From Gemmatimonadota bacterium (GTDB lineage: Bacteria; Latescibacterota; UBA2968; UBA8231), in NCBI GenBank assembly GCA_038128265.1, contig JAYPJE010000025.1, positions 1-20,399 of the forward strand: a stretch of DNA of 20,399 nt. Reading direction: 5' to 3'. Positions 10,086-18,991 of this stretch are shown one piece after another. Both the position numbers and the translations under genes were made by a program. A model generated the notes under the pieces. The model had not been told where the DNA came from, searched no databases, and worked only from the letters and a program-made list of their open reading frames with translations. How positions within the stretch are numbered: position 1 is the first letter of the stretch; every line of letters starts with the position of its first letter.

Positions 10086-11105
10086 TTACATAGCGGCTTG
10101 AAAGAGCAGCAGTATGGCGTCCTTGCCCTTTGCGTCGGAAGCTACGTAGTTGATCTGGATCTTGGCCGACTGCGGCTTTTCAGCGTCGGCAAATAGACTG
10201 AGGCCGACGGTTAGGTCCGTGCGGTCCTGCGCGTCGTTCGTCACGTCAAACGCATCCCACTTGAGACCGGCCTGCAGCCTCGGTTTGATCTGATACGTTG
10301 CCTGGACATAGGCATTCGAGCCGTCGGCCGCCGGGTTGTTGGGATCGTCACGCAGCATAAGCTCGCCTTTCAGCTTGATAGAAGGCGCAACGCCAAACTG
10401 AGTTCCCAAACCCACTAATTGCACCGGGCTCTGCCCGGCAACGCTGGTCATAGCACGCGCCCAATAGGCCTGCGCATGCAGGCGCTTGTTCGGGTCGGCG
10501 CTTAACCTACCGACCAGCGTATAGTCGCCCTCGTTAGGATCACCAATGCCGTTGGCCTTATTGGGCCCAGCATTGAAGAGGCCGGCGGCAACACCCACGC
10601 CCACGGACCCCAAACCCGTGCCCTGCACCATGAGGCCGGGATTGCGGTCAAACACCAACCCCTGTCCCAAACCGCGCTTGACGAAGTCCAGCTTGGGCGC
10701 AGGTGCGGCAAACTCCATGCCGGCGGGGGTTTTAAACTTGCCCACGGACAGACTCCAACGAGCGTAGTCAGGTAATTTGAAGGTGATCACCGCATCTTTG
10801 AGAAAGGTCGCCGTTTCGCCGTCTTTGGGGTCGACGAAATCGGTGATATTCGCCGGGCCATCCTTCCATTTATTGAATTGCTTGTTGAAATCGACCATAA
10901 CCTTATACGAGGCGTAGTCGTTTACCGTTGATCGCACCGATACAAATATGCGGTCAAACCCAAACCGGAAGGCGCTGCTATCTTCTGCCCGTGTGCTGGA
11001 CACTTGTAGCACGGTGCCAATATTTTGCGCCGCTGCAGTCTGCGACAAGCACGAGCATACCAAGCCCACCAGCAGCCAACGGCGGCAGTGCCCTATTTTT
11101 ATCAT
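10086..11105 (-). CDS. Outer-membrane beta-barrel, OprO/OprP phosphate-selective-porin-like
   Basis: Signal peptide from ATG 11105 (MIKIGHCRRWLLVGLVCSCLSQTAAA), with AGAAAGG upstream. Motif SVGKFKTPAGME...LDFVKRG...DRNPGLMVQG resembles the GQFKxPFxxE...ER...RDxG pattern of this family. Alternating beta-strands and a C-terminal KIQINY...LLLFQAAM. Confidence 0.75.
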   Translation of the reverse strand: MIKIGHCRRWLLVGLVCSCLSQTAAAQNIGTVLQVSSTRAEDSSAFRFGFDRIFVSVRSTVNDYASYKVMVDFNKQFNKWKDGPANITDFVDPKDGETATFLKDAVITFKLPDYARWSLSVGKFKTPAGMEFAAPAPKLDFVKRGLGQGLVFDRNPGLMVQGTGLGSVGVGVAAGLFNAGPNKANGIGDPNEGDYTLVGRLSADPNKRLHAQAYWARAMTSVAGQSPVQLVGLGTQFGVAPSIKLKGELMLRDDPNNPAADGSNAYVQATYQIKPRLQAGLKWDAFDVTNDAQDRTDLTVGLSLFADAEKPQSAKIQINYVASDAKGKDAILLLFQAAM

Positions 11106-11224
11106 CGCGTTAGGCCTTTCTACGCGCAGGAGGGACGCAGGTCGCCCCCAGTTAATGAATCCACCGTGCGCCACCGCCCCTTCAATATGGGAGCCAATGC
11201 CAGCTATAAATACCTACAGGGCAT

Positions 11225-12979
11225 TTATTTATGACGCCTACATGACGATAGGATACTCAACAATCGCTCTTTGGGGAAGGGCTTTACCAAAACGTCGTTC
11301 ATACCGGCCCCAACGCATTCGCTGTGCTGGTCGTCGAACGCGCCAGCGGTCGCTCCAATAATGGGTAGTTCTACTGCGCTGTATTTCTGGCGAATCTGCT
11401 TTGTCGCTTCCACACCGTTGAGGAAAGGCATGTGAACGTCCATAAAGACAATATCGATATCTCCGTCCAGAGCGCGCGCCACGGCTTTGGCCCCATCTTC
11501 GACGTGTTCGACCGAATGATTTAACTTCGTCAGCATATTGGTCAGAATAAGCGCGTTAACCGCATTGTCTTCTGCTATGAGCACGCGCAGCGATTCGGTT
11601 GTAGGCTCGTCGTTAGCAGTATCTGCAGCGCCCTCTGCGGCATCGCGCAGCAGGGGAATGTACACGCTAAACGCAGTGCCTTTTCCCAGCGTACTCTCTA
11701 CTTCGATGCGGCCGCCCAGCAGCTCGACCAGCTGTTTGGTGATGGTGAGCCCTAAGCCCGTTCCCGGCACGATGCGCGCAGCTTGACCGTTAATCTGGGA
11801 GAACGGCTCAAACACCGTCTCCAGCTGGTCTGCAGGTATGCCTTCTCCCTCATCCTTTACCACGATCCGCACGACCGAATTGCCCGTGGCCAGTCCGCTC
11901 TCGGCAGCATCCACCTCGCTCATAATGATCTCGACGGAACCGTATCGCGTGAACTTAATGGCATTGCCGAGCAGGTTGTACACGATCTGGCGCACCTTGG
12001 GACTGTCTCCAACGTACGCGGCGGGGGCAGGCAGGTTATTGTGCAAGGCGAGCCGCACGCCGTTTTCCTGCGCCATGTAGGATAGCGATCCCATCGTCGT
12101 CTCGATCAGTCGTCCAATTTGGAAGCGAGCGCTGTGCACTTCCATACTACCCGACTCGATCTTACTCATATCCAGCGTGTTGCCGAGCAGCTCCACTAGA
12201 TGGTGCCCGGACTCGCTGAGCAGGTCGACATGCCCTCTCTGCTTTTCGTCTAATGGCGTCTCTCTCAGCATGTTAGAGAGTCCGATAATGCCGTTGAGCG
12301 GCGTGCGCAACTCATGGCTGATCGTGGCGAGAAACGTCGATTTATACTGACTGGCCGTCTCGGCTTCGAGTGTCTTTGCGTTCAGTTGGCCCATGATACT
12401 GTCTATGGCAATCCTCTGCTCTTGCATAATAGCAACGAGCATGAGGGCGAATACGATGGAGGCTATATTAGTGACCCAAGCAGCCGCCGATGCATTATAC
12501 GCGTTCAGATCTACGTCGACAGACCAGATTCCCTGTGTAAAGGCGATACCGCAGGCCAGCTGTATGAGCACGATGGAGGCCAACGTAACCAAACCGGCAC
12601 GGCGACCTAGCAGTGACACGGCAATTACGACCGCGCACAGCGAATAGAAGTTGCCGCCACTGGCTTTGCCCAACTCCGCGTAGCCACCCAGCGCCACTCC
12701 GACGACCGCGGCGACAATGACGTATGATACAAACACATCCGATAGGTGATTGCGCAGCAAGTAGAGGGCGCACAATACGCCGTACGCCACTAGGTGAACA
12801 CCCATGACGGGCAGCCATCCAAACTCGCTGTATCGGCTCAAGCTCAGGATCAGCGCTGGAGCGCCAAACCACAGGGTAATCTGCATGATGCGACGAATCG
12901 TCTTAGCGCGAATGGCCGCATATACGTCCGAGTTATCGGCGTACTGCCCCTCTCTATCCATGGCCGTGTTTTCCTTCAT
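11225..12979 (-). CDS. Hybrid sensor histidine kinase with a multi-TM N-terminal input domain (HisKA-HATPase-REC)
   Basis: GGAGG RBS before ATG 12979 (MKENTAMD). About 6 hydrophobic segments; FLATISHELRTPLN; NLLGNAIKF; DEGEG; GTGLGL; receiver AEDNAVN...FMDVHMP...ATA...KP. Confidence 0.93.
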   Translation of the reverse strand: MKENTAMDREGQYADNSDVYAAIRAKTIRRIMQITLWFGAPALILSLSRYSEFGWLPVMGVHLVAYGVLCALYLLRNHLSDVFVSYVIVAAVVGVALGGYAELGKASGGNFYSLCAVVIAVSLLGRRAGLVTLASIVLIQLACGIAFTQGIWSVDVDLNAYNASAAAWVTNIASIVFALMLVAIMQEQRIAIDSIMGQLNAKTLEAETASQYKSTFLATISHELRTPLNGIIGLSNMLRETPLDEKQRGHVDLLSESGHHLVELLGNTLDMSKIESGSMEVHSARFQIGRLIETTMGSLSYMAQENGVRLALHNNLPAPAAYVGDSPKVRQIVYNLLGNAIKFTRYGSVEIIMSEVDAAESGLATGNSVVRIVVKDEGEGIPADQLETVFEPFSQINGQAARIVPGTGLGLTITKQLVELLGGRIEVESTLGKGTAFSVYIPLLRDAAEGAADTANDEPTTESLRVLIAEDNAVNALILTNMLTKLNHSVEHVEDGAKAVARALDGDIDIVFMDVHMPFLNGVEATKQIRQKYSAVELPIIGATAGAFDDQHSECVGAGMNDVLVKPFPKERLLSILSSCRRHK

Positions 12980-13014
12980 AAAGACCTCCAACGTGCCCGC
13001 CCGGGCGCAAGCGT

Positions 13015-14739
13015 CTAAACACGCGCATTTATCCACTTCAGATGTCTGCTAATACAGGATGCCAGCTGATCTTTGCTACACGGTTTGGTCAGCACTTCGT
13101 CCATTCCAGATTGCAGAAACAGCTCATGCCGCTCTTCAAACGCGTCAGCCGTTAGCGCGACGATGGGCAGTGCATCCATGTCGGGAAGCTGGCGTATTTT
13201 CTCTGTGGCCTCCATCCCGTCCATGAGCGGCATGTGGATGTCCATGAAGATAAAACTGGGCCAACCCTCTTCCGCTATGGAAACGGCCTCAGCGCCATTT
13301 TCCGCCCAGCGCACGCTGTGCCCCAGCTGATGGAGGTAGTTCTCGGCGATCACCGCATTGAGCTTGTTGTCTTCGACGATTAATACGTTGAGCTCTTCGA
13401 GCGATTGTTCACTCTCTGGCGTAGAAGGCCTATCCGCATCTTCGACGACGGGCAAGGCAAGGCAGAACGAAAACGAGGAGCCTTTACCCAGCGCGCTTTC
13501 AACGGCCAGGCGCCCTCCCATAGATTCCACCAGCGCGTTAGCCACCGAAAGGCCCAGACCCATTCCGTCGTGTGATCGACTCAAACCGCTCTCCACCTGG
13601 AAGAATGGTTCAAAGATGCGCTCGTGCCACTGAGATGCTATGCCAATGCCCGTATCCTCTACCAAAAATCGCAGCGGGAGGGCTCCGTCTGCGTTCGAAA
13701 GCGACAGCCGCACCGTTCCGTGATCGCTAAACTTAATCGCATTGCTCAACAGACTCGACAATACGTCATACAGACGACGTGCATCACCCACAAAGCGCGT
13801 TTGCTCGACGCTGTTAGAAAAAGCGAGCATTAGCCTTTTGCTCTCCGCCGCTTGACTATGTGCCCTGTGGAGATCGTCTAGCAGATTACCCATATCGAAC
13901 TGAATGGGCGTAATCTCTCTCTTTCCATCCGACAGTTGCGTGTGATACGTGCTGTCATTGACCGTCTTCGTCAGTTCAGCGCCAGCACCCAGTAGGCTTT
14001 CAACCTGCCGTCGCTGCGTCGCGTTCAAATCGCTGTTCGCCAGCGCCTGCGCCATGCCCATTAGCCCATTGATCGGGGTGCGCAGTTCGTGGCTAATCTT
14101 TGAAAGCAGTTGGCCTTTATCTCCGTTGGTGCGCTGCAAATCGCTAAGCGCTAAGGCGAGCTGGTCGTTTTTCTCGGATAAGTTCACCATGTTATCTTTC
14201 AGCGTGCGCACCATGTTCTGCGTCACCATAACGGAGACAAAACAGGCCATGCAGAGCGCAGCAATGGCCACCGTCCAACTGGCCCACTCATACTGATAGG
14301 CACGTACATCAAAATGCATGGGAATGATGCCATATACATGGATAAACGCCGTGGCGATAAGAGCGATGACGCTTAGCGCAGAATACACGATGAGGGAGCG
14401 TTTTTCGAGGAAAATCGCGGCGAGTGTAAGCCCGACGACCAAGAAAAGTTGGCCCGCGCCCGTTAAACCCATGAACAAGTATGACGCGAATGATATGGAA
14501 AAAAACGAGGTGATGAGCGCGGTCGCTATAACAGAAGTGGGAATGCGTTTTCGCTTCCAGAAGATCAAGGTATAGATTATGCACAGAGCTACGTGCAGAT
14601 ACATCTGCGGCTGCCAGCCAATGGAGAAAGCCCTGTAGAAACTCAGAGAAGCTGTGGGAATGGTAAGGGCAAATACTGCTATGGCCGCCTTATCGGCAAA
14701 GGCTTTCTTTACCTCGTCAAAACTGTATACTTGCGCCAT
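13015..14739 (-). CDS. Hybrid sensor histidine kinase with a multi-TM N-terminal input domain; paralogue of the downstream kinase
   Basis: About 6 hydrophobic segments; LSKISHELRTPIN; SLLSNAIKF; DTGIG; GMGLGL; receiver VEDNKLN...FMDIHMP...LTA...KP. Confidence 0.93.
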   Translation of the reverse strand: MAQVYSFDEVKKAFADKAAIAVFALTIPTASLSFYRAFSIGWQPQMYLHVALCIIYTLIFWKRKRIPTSVIATALITSFFSISFASYLFMGLTGAGQLFLVVGLTLAAIFLEKRSLIVYSALSVIALIATAFIHVYGIIPMHFDVRAYQYEWASWTVAIAALCMACFVSVMVTQNMVRTLKDNMVNLSEKNDQLALALSDLQRTNGDKGQLLSKISHELRTPINGLMGMAQALANSDLNATQRRQVESLLGAGAELTKTVNDSTYHTQLSDGKREITPIQFDMGNLLDDLHRAHSQAAESKRLMLAFSNSVEQTRFVGDARRLYDVLSSLLSNAIKFSDHGTVRLSLSNADGALPLRFLVEDTGIGIASQWHERIFEPFFQVESGLSRSHDGMGLGLSVANALVESMGGRLAVESALGKGSSFSFCLALPVVEDADRPSTPESEQSLEELNVLIVEDNKLNAVIAENYLHQLGHSVRWAENGAEAVSIAEEGWPSFIFMDIHMPLMDGMEATEKIRQLPDMDALPIVALTADAFEERHELFLQSGMDEVLTKPCSKDQLASCISRHLKWINARV

Positions 14740-14954
14740 GTAAAATAACCGCTCTTATCGAAATCGTTTCACTTCGCCGTTTGATAAAACATACAGCTGC
14801 AAATAATACATACAACACGACGTTATTTCAAAAGCGTTCCCATGCAGGCACGGCACCGCTATTTGCACGTTTTATAATTGCCTCCTCGCCGGGCAATTAG
14901 ACCGTTCGGCCCCATGTAGACAGCAGATGTCATTCTCGAAAGGCGCTATATACG
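14740..14954. promoter_or_regulatory. AT-rich divergent promoter region with TATAAT overlapped by an 8-bp inverted repeat
   Basis: TATAAT at 14873-14878 (+ strand). TAATTGCC-N9-GGCAATTA at 14875-14899. No convincing -35 element. Confidence 0.4.
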
Positions 14955-16238
14955 ATGTGCGATACTTCGCTAAGCAGAGCAATGCAGTTTTTGGAGAAAT
15001 TAACGACCGACGTACTGGAGGCTTCGCGCGTATATCCTGGTCAGTCCGTAGCCGGTTTTGGCCCCAATACGACCGGCGGCACGCTGATCCGGCCCGGTGG
15101 GCGCGCCTGCTATCCCTCCTACTGGATTCGCGACTTTGCCATGTCGCTTGAATGCGGCCTCGTATCGCCTGAAGAGATGGAACACGCACTGCTGCTGACG
15201 GCCCGCTGTCAGCAGGCCGCTGACTGGCACACGCCGTCGGGCAGCCTCGTGCCGCGTGGCGCGATCGCCGACCACATCACCTTTGACGGCAAGCCCATCT
15301 TTTTCCCAGGCACGATGGACTACGACCAGCAGGGGCAGCCCTGGGGCTATTATCCCAGTCTCGACGACCACTACTTCTTTATCGACATGGCCTGGCGGAT
15401 GGTCGTCGAATACAACCGCCCCGATTTGTTGGGCACGAACATCGACGGCGTAGACCTGCTCACGCGCCTCGATATGGCCTTTGCCGTGCCGTCGGCAGAC
15501 GGCGACACCCAGCTGGTCTACTGCGACGAAGAGGAGCGCGGCGTCTCTTTCGGATTTACCGATATCGTCGTTCACACCGGCTACCTGCTCTTTTGTTCGC
15601 TGCTGCGCTTTCGCGCTGCCCAGCAGCTGGCACAGCTGCACGAGCTGCAGGGCGTGCAGCAGAGTACCCACGCCTATCGCACCGTTGCTCAAACTGCGTC
15701 AGAATACATCAGAGCTACCTTCACCCTAGACAGCGGCCTGTTGAAAGCCAGCACGGGCAAGAGCGCGCAGCCCGACGTATGGGGATCGGCCTTTGCCGTC
15801 TATTGCGACCTGGGCACCCGAGAAGAGCAGCGGAGCATTTGCCAGGCGCTGGCCGACGCACTGCGCGAAGGCACCATTGCTTGGAGAGGCAATATCCGCC
15901 ACATACCAACCGACTGCGACTACAGCAGCGACAGCGCATGGGAGCAGGTCGTCGGACACTGGTCCAAAAACCGCTACCAGAACGGAGCCTACTGGAATAC
16001 GCCCACCGGATGGGTGTGCTACGCGGTGGCCCAAGTCGACGAAGACGCCGCGCGGCAGCTTGCACTCGACTATGTAGATGAGCTGCGCGAGGGCGACTTT
16101 CGCCAGGGCGAGAACTTTGGCGCACCCTACGAGTGCATTCACCCCGAAGATGATCACCGGCAGAATCCGGTATACTTAACCAGCACCACCTGTCCGCTGG
16201 CCGCCTTTCAGCGGCTCGGCTGGCTGGCCAACCTATAG
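14955..16238 (+). CDS. Six-hairpin (alpha/alpha)6 glycosidase-like protein, family not assignable
   Basis: YPSYWIRDFAM near the N-terminus, GFTD, YQNGAYW and a C-terminal PYEC. This pattern resembles the WxRD...YxNGxxW...E layout of GH63/GH100/GH133-like enzymes. No signal peptide. Alternative start at 14982. Confidence 0.7.
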   Translation: MCDTSLSRAMQFLEKLTTDVLEASRVYPGQSVAGFGPNTTGGTLIRPGGRACYPSYWIRDFAMSLECGLVSPEEMEHALLLTARCQQAADWHTPSGSLVPRGAIADHITFDGKPIFFPGTMDYDQQGQPWGYYPSLDDHYFFIDMAWRMVVEYNRPDLLGTNIDGVDLLTRLDMAFAVPSADGDTQLVYCDEEERGVSFGFTDIVVHTGYLLFCSLLRFRAAQQLAQLHELQGVQQSTHAYRTVAQTASEYIRATFTLDSGLLKASTGKSAQPDVWGSAFAVYCDLGTREEQRSICQALADALREGTIAWRGNIRHIPTDCDYSSDSAWEQVVGHWSKNRYQNGAYWNTPTGWVCYAVAQVDEDAARQLALDYVDELREGDFRQGENFGAPYECIHPEDDHRQNPVYLTSTTCPLAAFQRLGWLANL

Positions 16239-16258
16239 CAATCGACGCGGAGATCAAT

Positions 16259-17548
16259 ATGAGCGACGCAGCGCCCCTTTCCATCGGCATGGCCACAGTG
16301 GATATCACGCCGACTGGACCCATTCGTCTGAGCGGCTACGGTAGCCGGCGCGAAGAGACGGCGCAGGTTGAAACGCGCCTCTACGCCAAAGCATTGGCGC
16401 TGGGCGAAGACAGCCCCCTGCTCTTGCTGACGCTGGAAAACTGCGGCATTAACCAGTGGCTAAAGGAGCGCGTGGCCGCCCAACTACACGCGCAGACCGG
16501 ACTGCTGCCCGAACACCTGCTGATCTGCTATAGCCATACGCATACGGGCCCATGCCTCAGCCAGACTCTGCCCATGCTTTTCAGCGAAGATATTCCCGCC
16601 GATCACCAGACGCGCATCGATTGCTATACAGAGCAACTCGTAGCGGCGCTAGTCGACGTGGGCACACAGGCCTTGAATGACCGCTTTGCCGGCTCCTTGT
16701 CCTACACCACTGGCCACGTCGGTTTTGCCGCCAACCGGCGTGCACAGGTGGGCCCCGTAGACCACGCTATGCCGCTGCTGCGCATCGACGACAGCGCGGG
16801 CAACCTGCGCGGCGTCTGGCTCAGCTATGCCTGTCACTGCACGACGCTGAGCGGAGAGGACAACTACGTCAGCGGCGATTGGGCCGGTCACGCGCAGCGC
16901 CTTATCGAAGCCGATTTTCCCGGGGCAACGGCCTTTGTCTCCATCGGCTGTGCCGCCGATGCCAACCCCTTTCCGCGCACTGGTATGGACTGCGTCCGCC
17001 AGCACGCAGCCGATATTGCCAGCGAAGTGCGCCATCGGCTTTCCGGCCCATGCGTGCCCATCAACGGCGCGTTGACATCGCACACATCCGTCGTTGACCT
17101 GCCCTACGATGCGCTGCCCAGCGCCAACGAATGGCGCGTGCAGCGCGACGAGGGCGGCGCCATCGGCTACCACGCCACCCAATGGCTGGCGCGCCTAGCG
17201 CGCGGCGAAACGGTGCCCACATCCTACGCCTATCCCATCCAAGTGTGGACACTAGGCGATGCGCTAGCCATGGTCTTCTTTGCCGGCGAAGTCGTCGCCG
17301 ATTATGCACTCAGACTGCGGCAATGCTACGCGGCACAGCGCCTGTGGATCGGCGCCTATGCCAACGACTTTCCCGGCTACATTCCCTCGCGCCGCGTTTG
17401 GCGCGAAGGGGGCTACGAAGCCGGCGGCGCCACGCCGTACTTTGGCCTGCCCAACCGCTTTGACGAAGGCATTGAGGAGCGCATCATCGACGCCGTGCGC
17501 GCACTCATACCCGAGTCGTTCGAGCGCACACCGCAGCATACTGCTTGA
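16259..17548 (+). CDS. Neutral/alkaline ceramidase N-terminal-domain family amidohydrolase
   Basis: Motifs VDITP, LSGYGSR, LYAKALAL, SHTHTGP, YACHCT, SGDWAG, GCAADANP, AGEVV, YANDFPGYIPS, GGYE. Confidence 0.85.
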   Translation: MSDAAPLSIGMATVDITPTGPIRLSGYGSRREETAQVETRLYAKALALGEDSPLLLLTLENCGINQWLKERVAAQLHAQTGLLPEHLLICYSHTHTGPCLSQTLPMLFSEDIPADHQTRIDCYTEQLVAALVDVGTQALNDRFAGSLSYTTGHVGFAANRRAQVGPVDHAMPLLRIDDSAGNLRGVWLSYACHCTTLSGEDNYVSGDWAGHAQRLIEADFPGATAFVSIGCAADANPFPRTGMDCVRQHAADIASEVRHRLSGPCVPINGALTSHTSVVDLPYDALPSANEWRVQRDEGGAIGYHATQWLARLARGETVPTSYAYPIQVWTLGDALAMVFFAGEVVADYALRLRQCYAAQRLWIGAYANDFPGYIPSRRVWREGGYEAGGATPYFGLPNRFDEGIEERIIDAVRALIPESFERTPQHTA

Positions 17549-17569
17549 CCCTCTAACCTATCTGCCCTA

Positions 17570-17598
17570 GGTTGGGCCGTGCCCAACGGGGCCCAACC
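17570..17598. repeat. Intergenic palindrome, REP-like or mRNA-stability hairpin
   Basis: GGTTGGGCC-N11-GGCCCAACC perfect 9-bp stem. The loop holds a second GCCCAAC able to pair with the same left arm. Confidence 0.5.
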
Positions 17599-17641
17599 AT
17601 GCGCATTCCATTCTGCCACGTATTCGAGCGGAGCATACACT

Positions 17642-18865
17642 ATGTCCCAACTAGCTATGTGCGGCGGCACGCCCGTGCGCACCGAACCGTTTACCACATG
17701 GCCTATTTTCGGTGCGAGCGAAGAGAAGGCCCTGAACGATGTCTTGCACAGCCGGCGCTGGTTTATGGCCGAAAGATTGGAGGCCTTTGAAAAAGCCTTC
17801 GCTCAGTATCAGCAAGCTGAATTTGGCATCGCCGTCAGCAGCGGCACCACCGCGCTGCAAATTGCCTTGGAAGCGGCTGGTGTCGGCATCGGCGATGAAG
17901 TCATCGTGCCGTCCTATACCTTTGTCGCAACGGCTAGCGCCGTCGCCCTAGTGGGCGGCATACCGGTTTTTGTGGACATCGAGCCGGGCACCTACAACAT
18001 CGATCCAGCCGCCGTCGAGGCAGCCATCACGGAGCGCACGCGCGCGATCGTCGCCGTGCACATCGCCGGGCGGCCGGCCGATTTAGACCGCCTGACCGCA
18101 TTGGCTAGCGCGCGCGGCATTCGCCTGATCGAAGACGCAGCGCAGGCACACGCCGCCGCGTGGAAGGGACAGCGCGTCGGCGCCATCGGCGATCTGGGCA
18201 CGTTTAGCTTCCAGGCCAGCAAAAATCTCAACGCCGGCGAAGGCGGCTTTGTCGTAACCAACGACCGCCAGCTGGCGGAGCGCGCTTGGTCACTGCACAA
18301 CTGCGGCCGCAGTCCCCAGGGAGCCTGGTACGAACACCCAATGGTCGGCGGCAACTACCGCCTGAGCGAGTTCCAGGCGGGCCTGCTGTTGAGCCAGCTC
18401 GAATCGCTCGACGAACAAACGGAGCGGCGCAGCCGCAACGGACAGGCCCTGCGCGACGCACTCGAGTCCATAGAAGGCATCCGCACTACCGATCCCGACG
18501 AGCGCATTACGACCCACGCTTACCACCTATTCGTCATGCGCTACGCGCCTGAGGCGTTCGGCGGCGTCGCGCGCGACCGCTTTGTCGAGGCCCTCAACCG
18601 CGAGGGCATTCCCTGCAGCACCGGCTATCGGCCGCTCTACCGCGAGCCGGCCTTTGCCGCGCGCTTTGCCGACTACCCAATTGACAGCCCCCATTTTGGC
18701 GGCCGGCCCGACTACAGCCAGGTGCACTGCCCCGTCACTGAGCGGGTTTGTGCCGAAGAGGCTATTTGGTTGACCCAGAACTTGCTATTGGGAGAAGACA
18801 GCGACATAGCCGATATCGCCACGGCGATTGAGAAGGTACAGGCACACGCCGACGAACTGCGCTAG
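17642..18865 (+). CDS. DegT/DnrJ/EryC1/StrS family PLP aminotransferase, BtrR/RifK-like subgroup
   Basis: GGAG RBS before ATG 17642 (MSQLAMCGGTPVR). Motifs SGTTAL, GDEVIVPSYTFVATA, IEDAAQAH, FSFQASKNLNAGEGG (PLP lysine), GGNYRLSEFQA. Confidence 0.93.
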   Translation: MSQLAMCGGTPVRTEPFTTWPIFGASEEKALNDVLHSRRWFMAERLEAFEKAFAQYQQAEFGIAVSSGTTALQIALEAAGVGIGDEVIVPSYTFVATASAVALVGGIPVFVDIEPGTYNIDPAAVEAAITERTRAIVAVHIAGRPADLDRLTALASARGIRLIEDAAQAHAAAWKGQRVGAIGDLGTFSFQASKNLNAGEGGFVVTNDRQLAERAWSLHNCGRSPQGAWYEHPMVGGNYRLSEFQAGLLLSQLESLDEQTERRSRNGQALRDALESIEGIRTTDPDERITTHAYHLFVMRYAPEAFGGVARDRFVEALNREGIPCSTGYRPLYREPAFAARFADYPIDSPHFGGRPDYSQVHCPVTERVCAEEAIWLTQNLLLGEDSDIADIATAIEKVQAHADELR

Positions 18866-18991
18866 CCCATACGAGCGCGATCGCTGGAATCGGCACCTTG
18901 CTCGCCCCTAGCGGACATTGTACCTTTCCCGCACTCATACGCGCGCATTTTGTGCACACCGCACCGCACCGTCTCTGAATCGAGGATATCT

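Noticed and set aside
9203..11105. Phosphonate uptake (phnCDE) or Pho-regulon operon
   Set aside because: No permease or ATPase, no Pho-box repeat seen, and the STSG ligand motif is missing.
14851..14867. Sigma-54-like CGGCAC...TTTGCA
   Set aside because: GG-to-GC spacing is 11 nt, whereas sigma-54 needs 10.
15000..17697. Alternative-frame and antisense ORFs over the glycosidase-like and ceramidase-like genes
   Set aside because: Fully overlap well-supported genes, and are Arg/Ala-rich or typical antisense translations.
17642..18865. AHBA synthase (rifK) or aminoglycoside biosynthetic cluster
   Set aside because: No cyclase, kinase, glycosyltransferase or PKS partner in the window, so only subgroup resemblance is supported.
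18957..18971. (CACCG)3 tandem repeat upstream of the UxuA-like gene
   Set aside because: Only 15 bp; too short to argue for phase variation or an operator.
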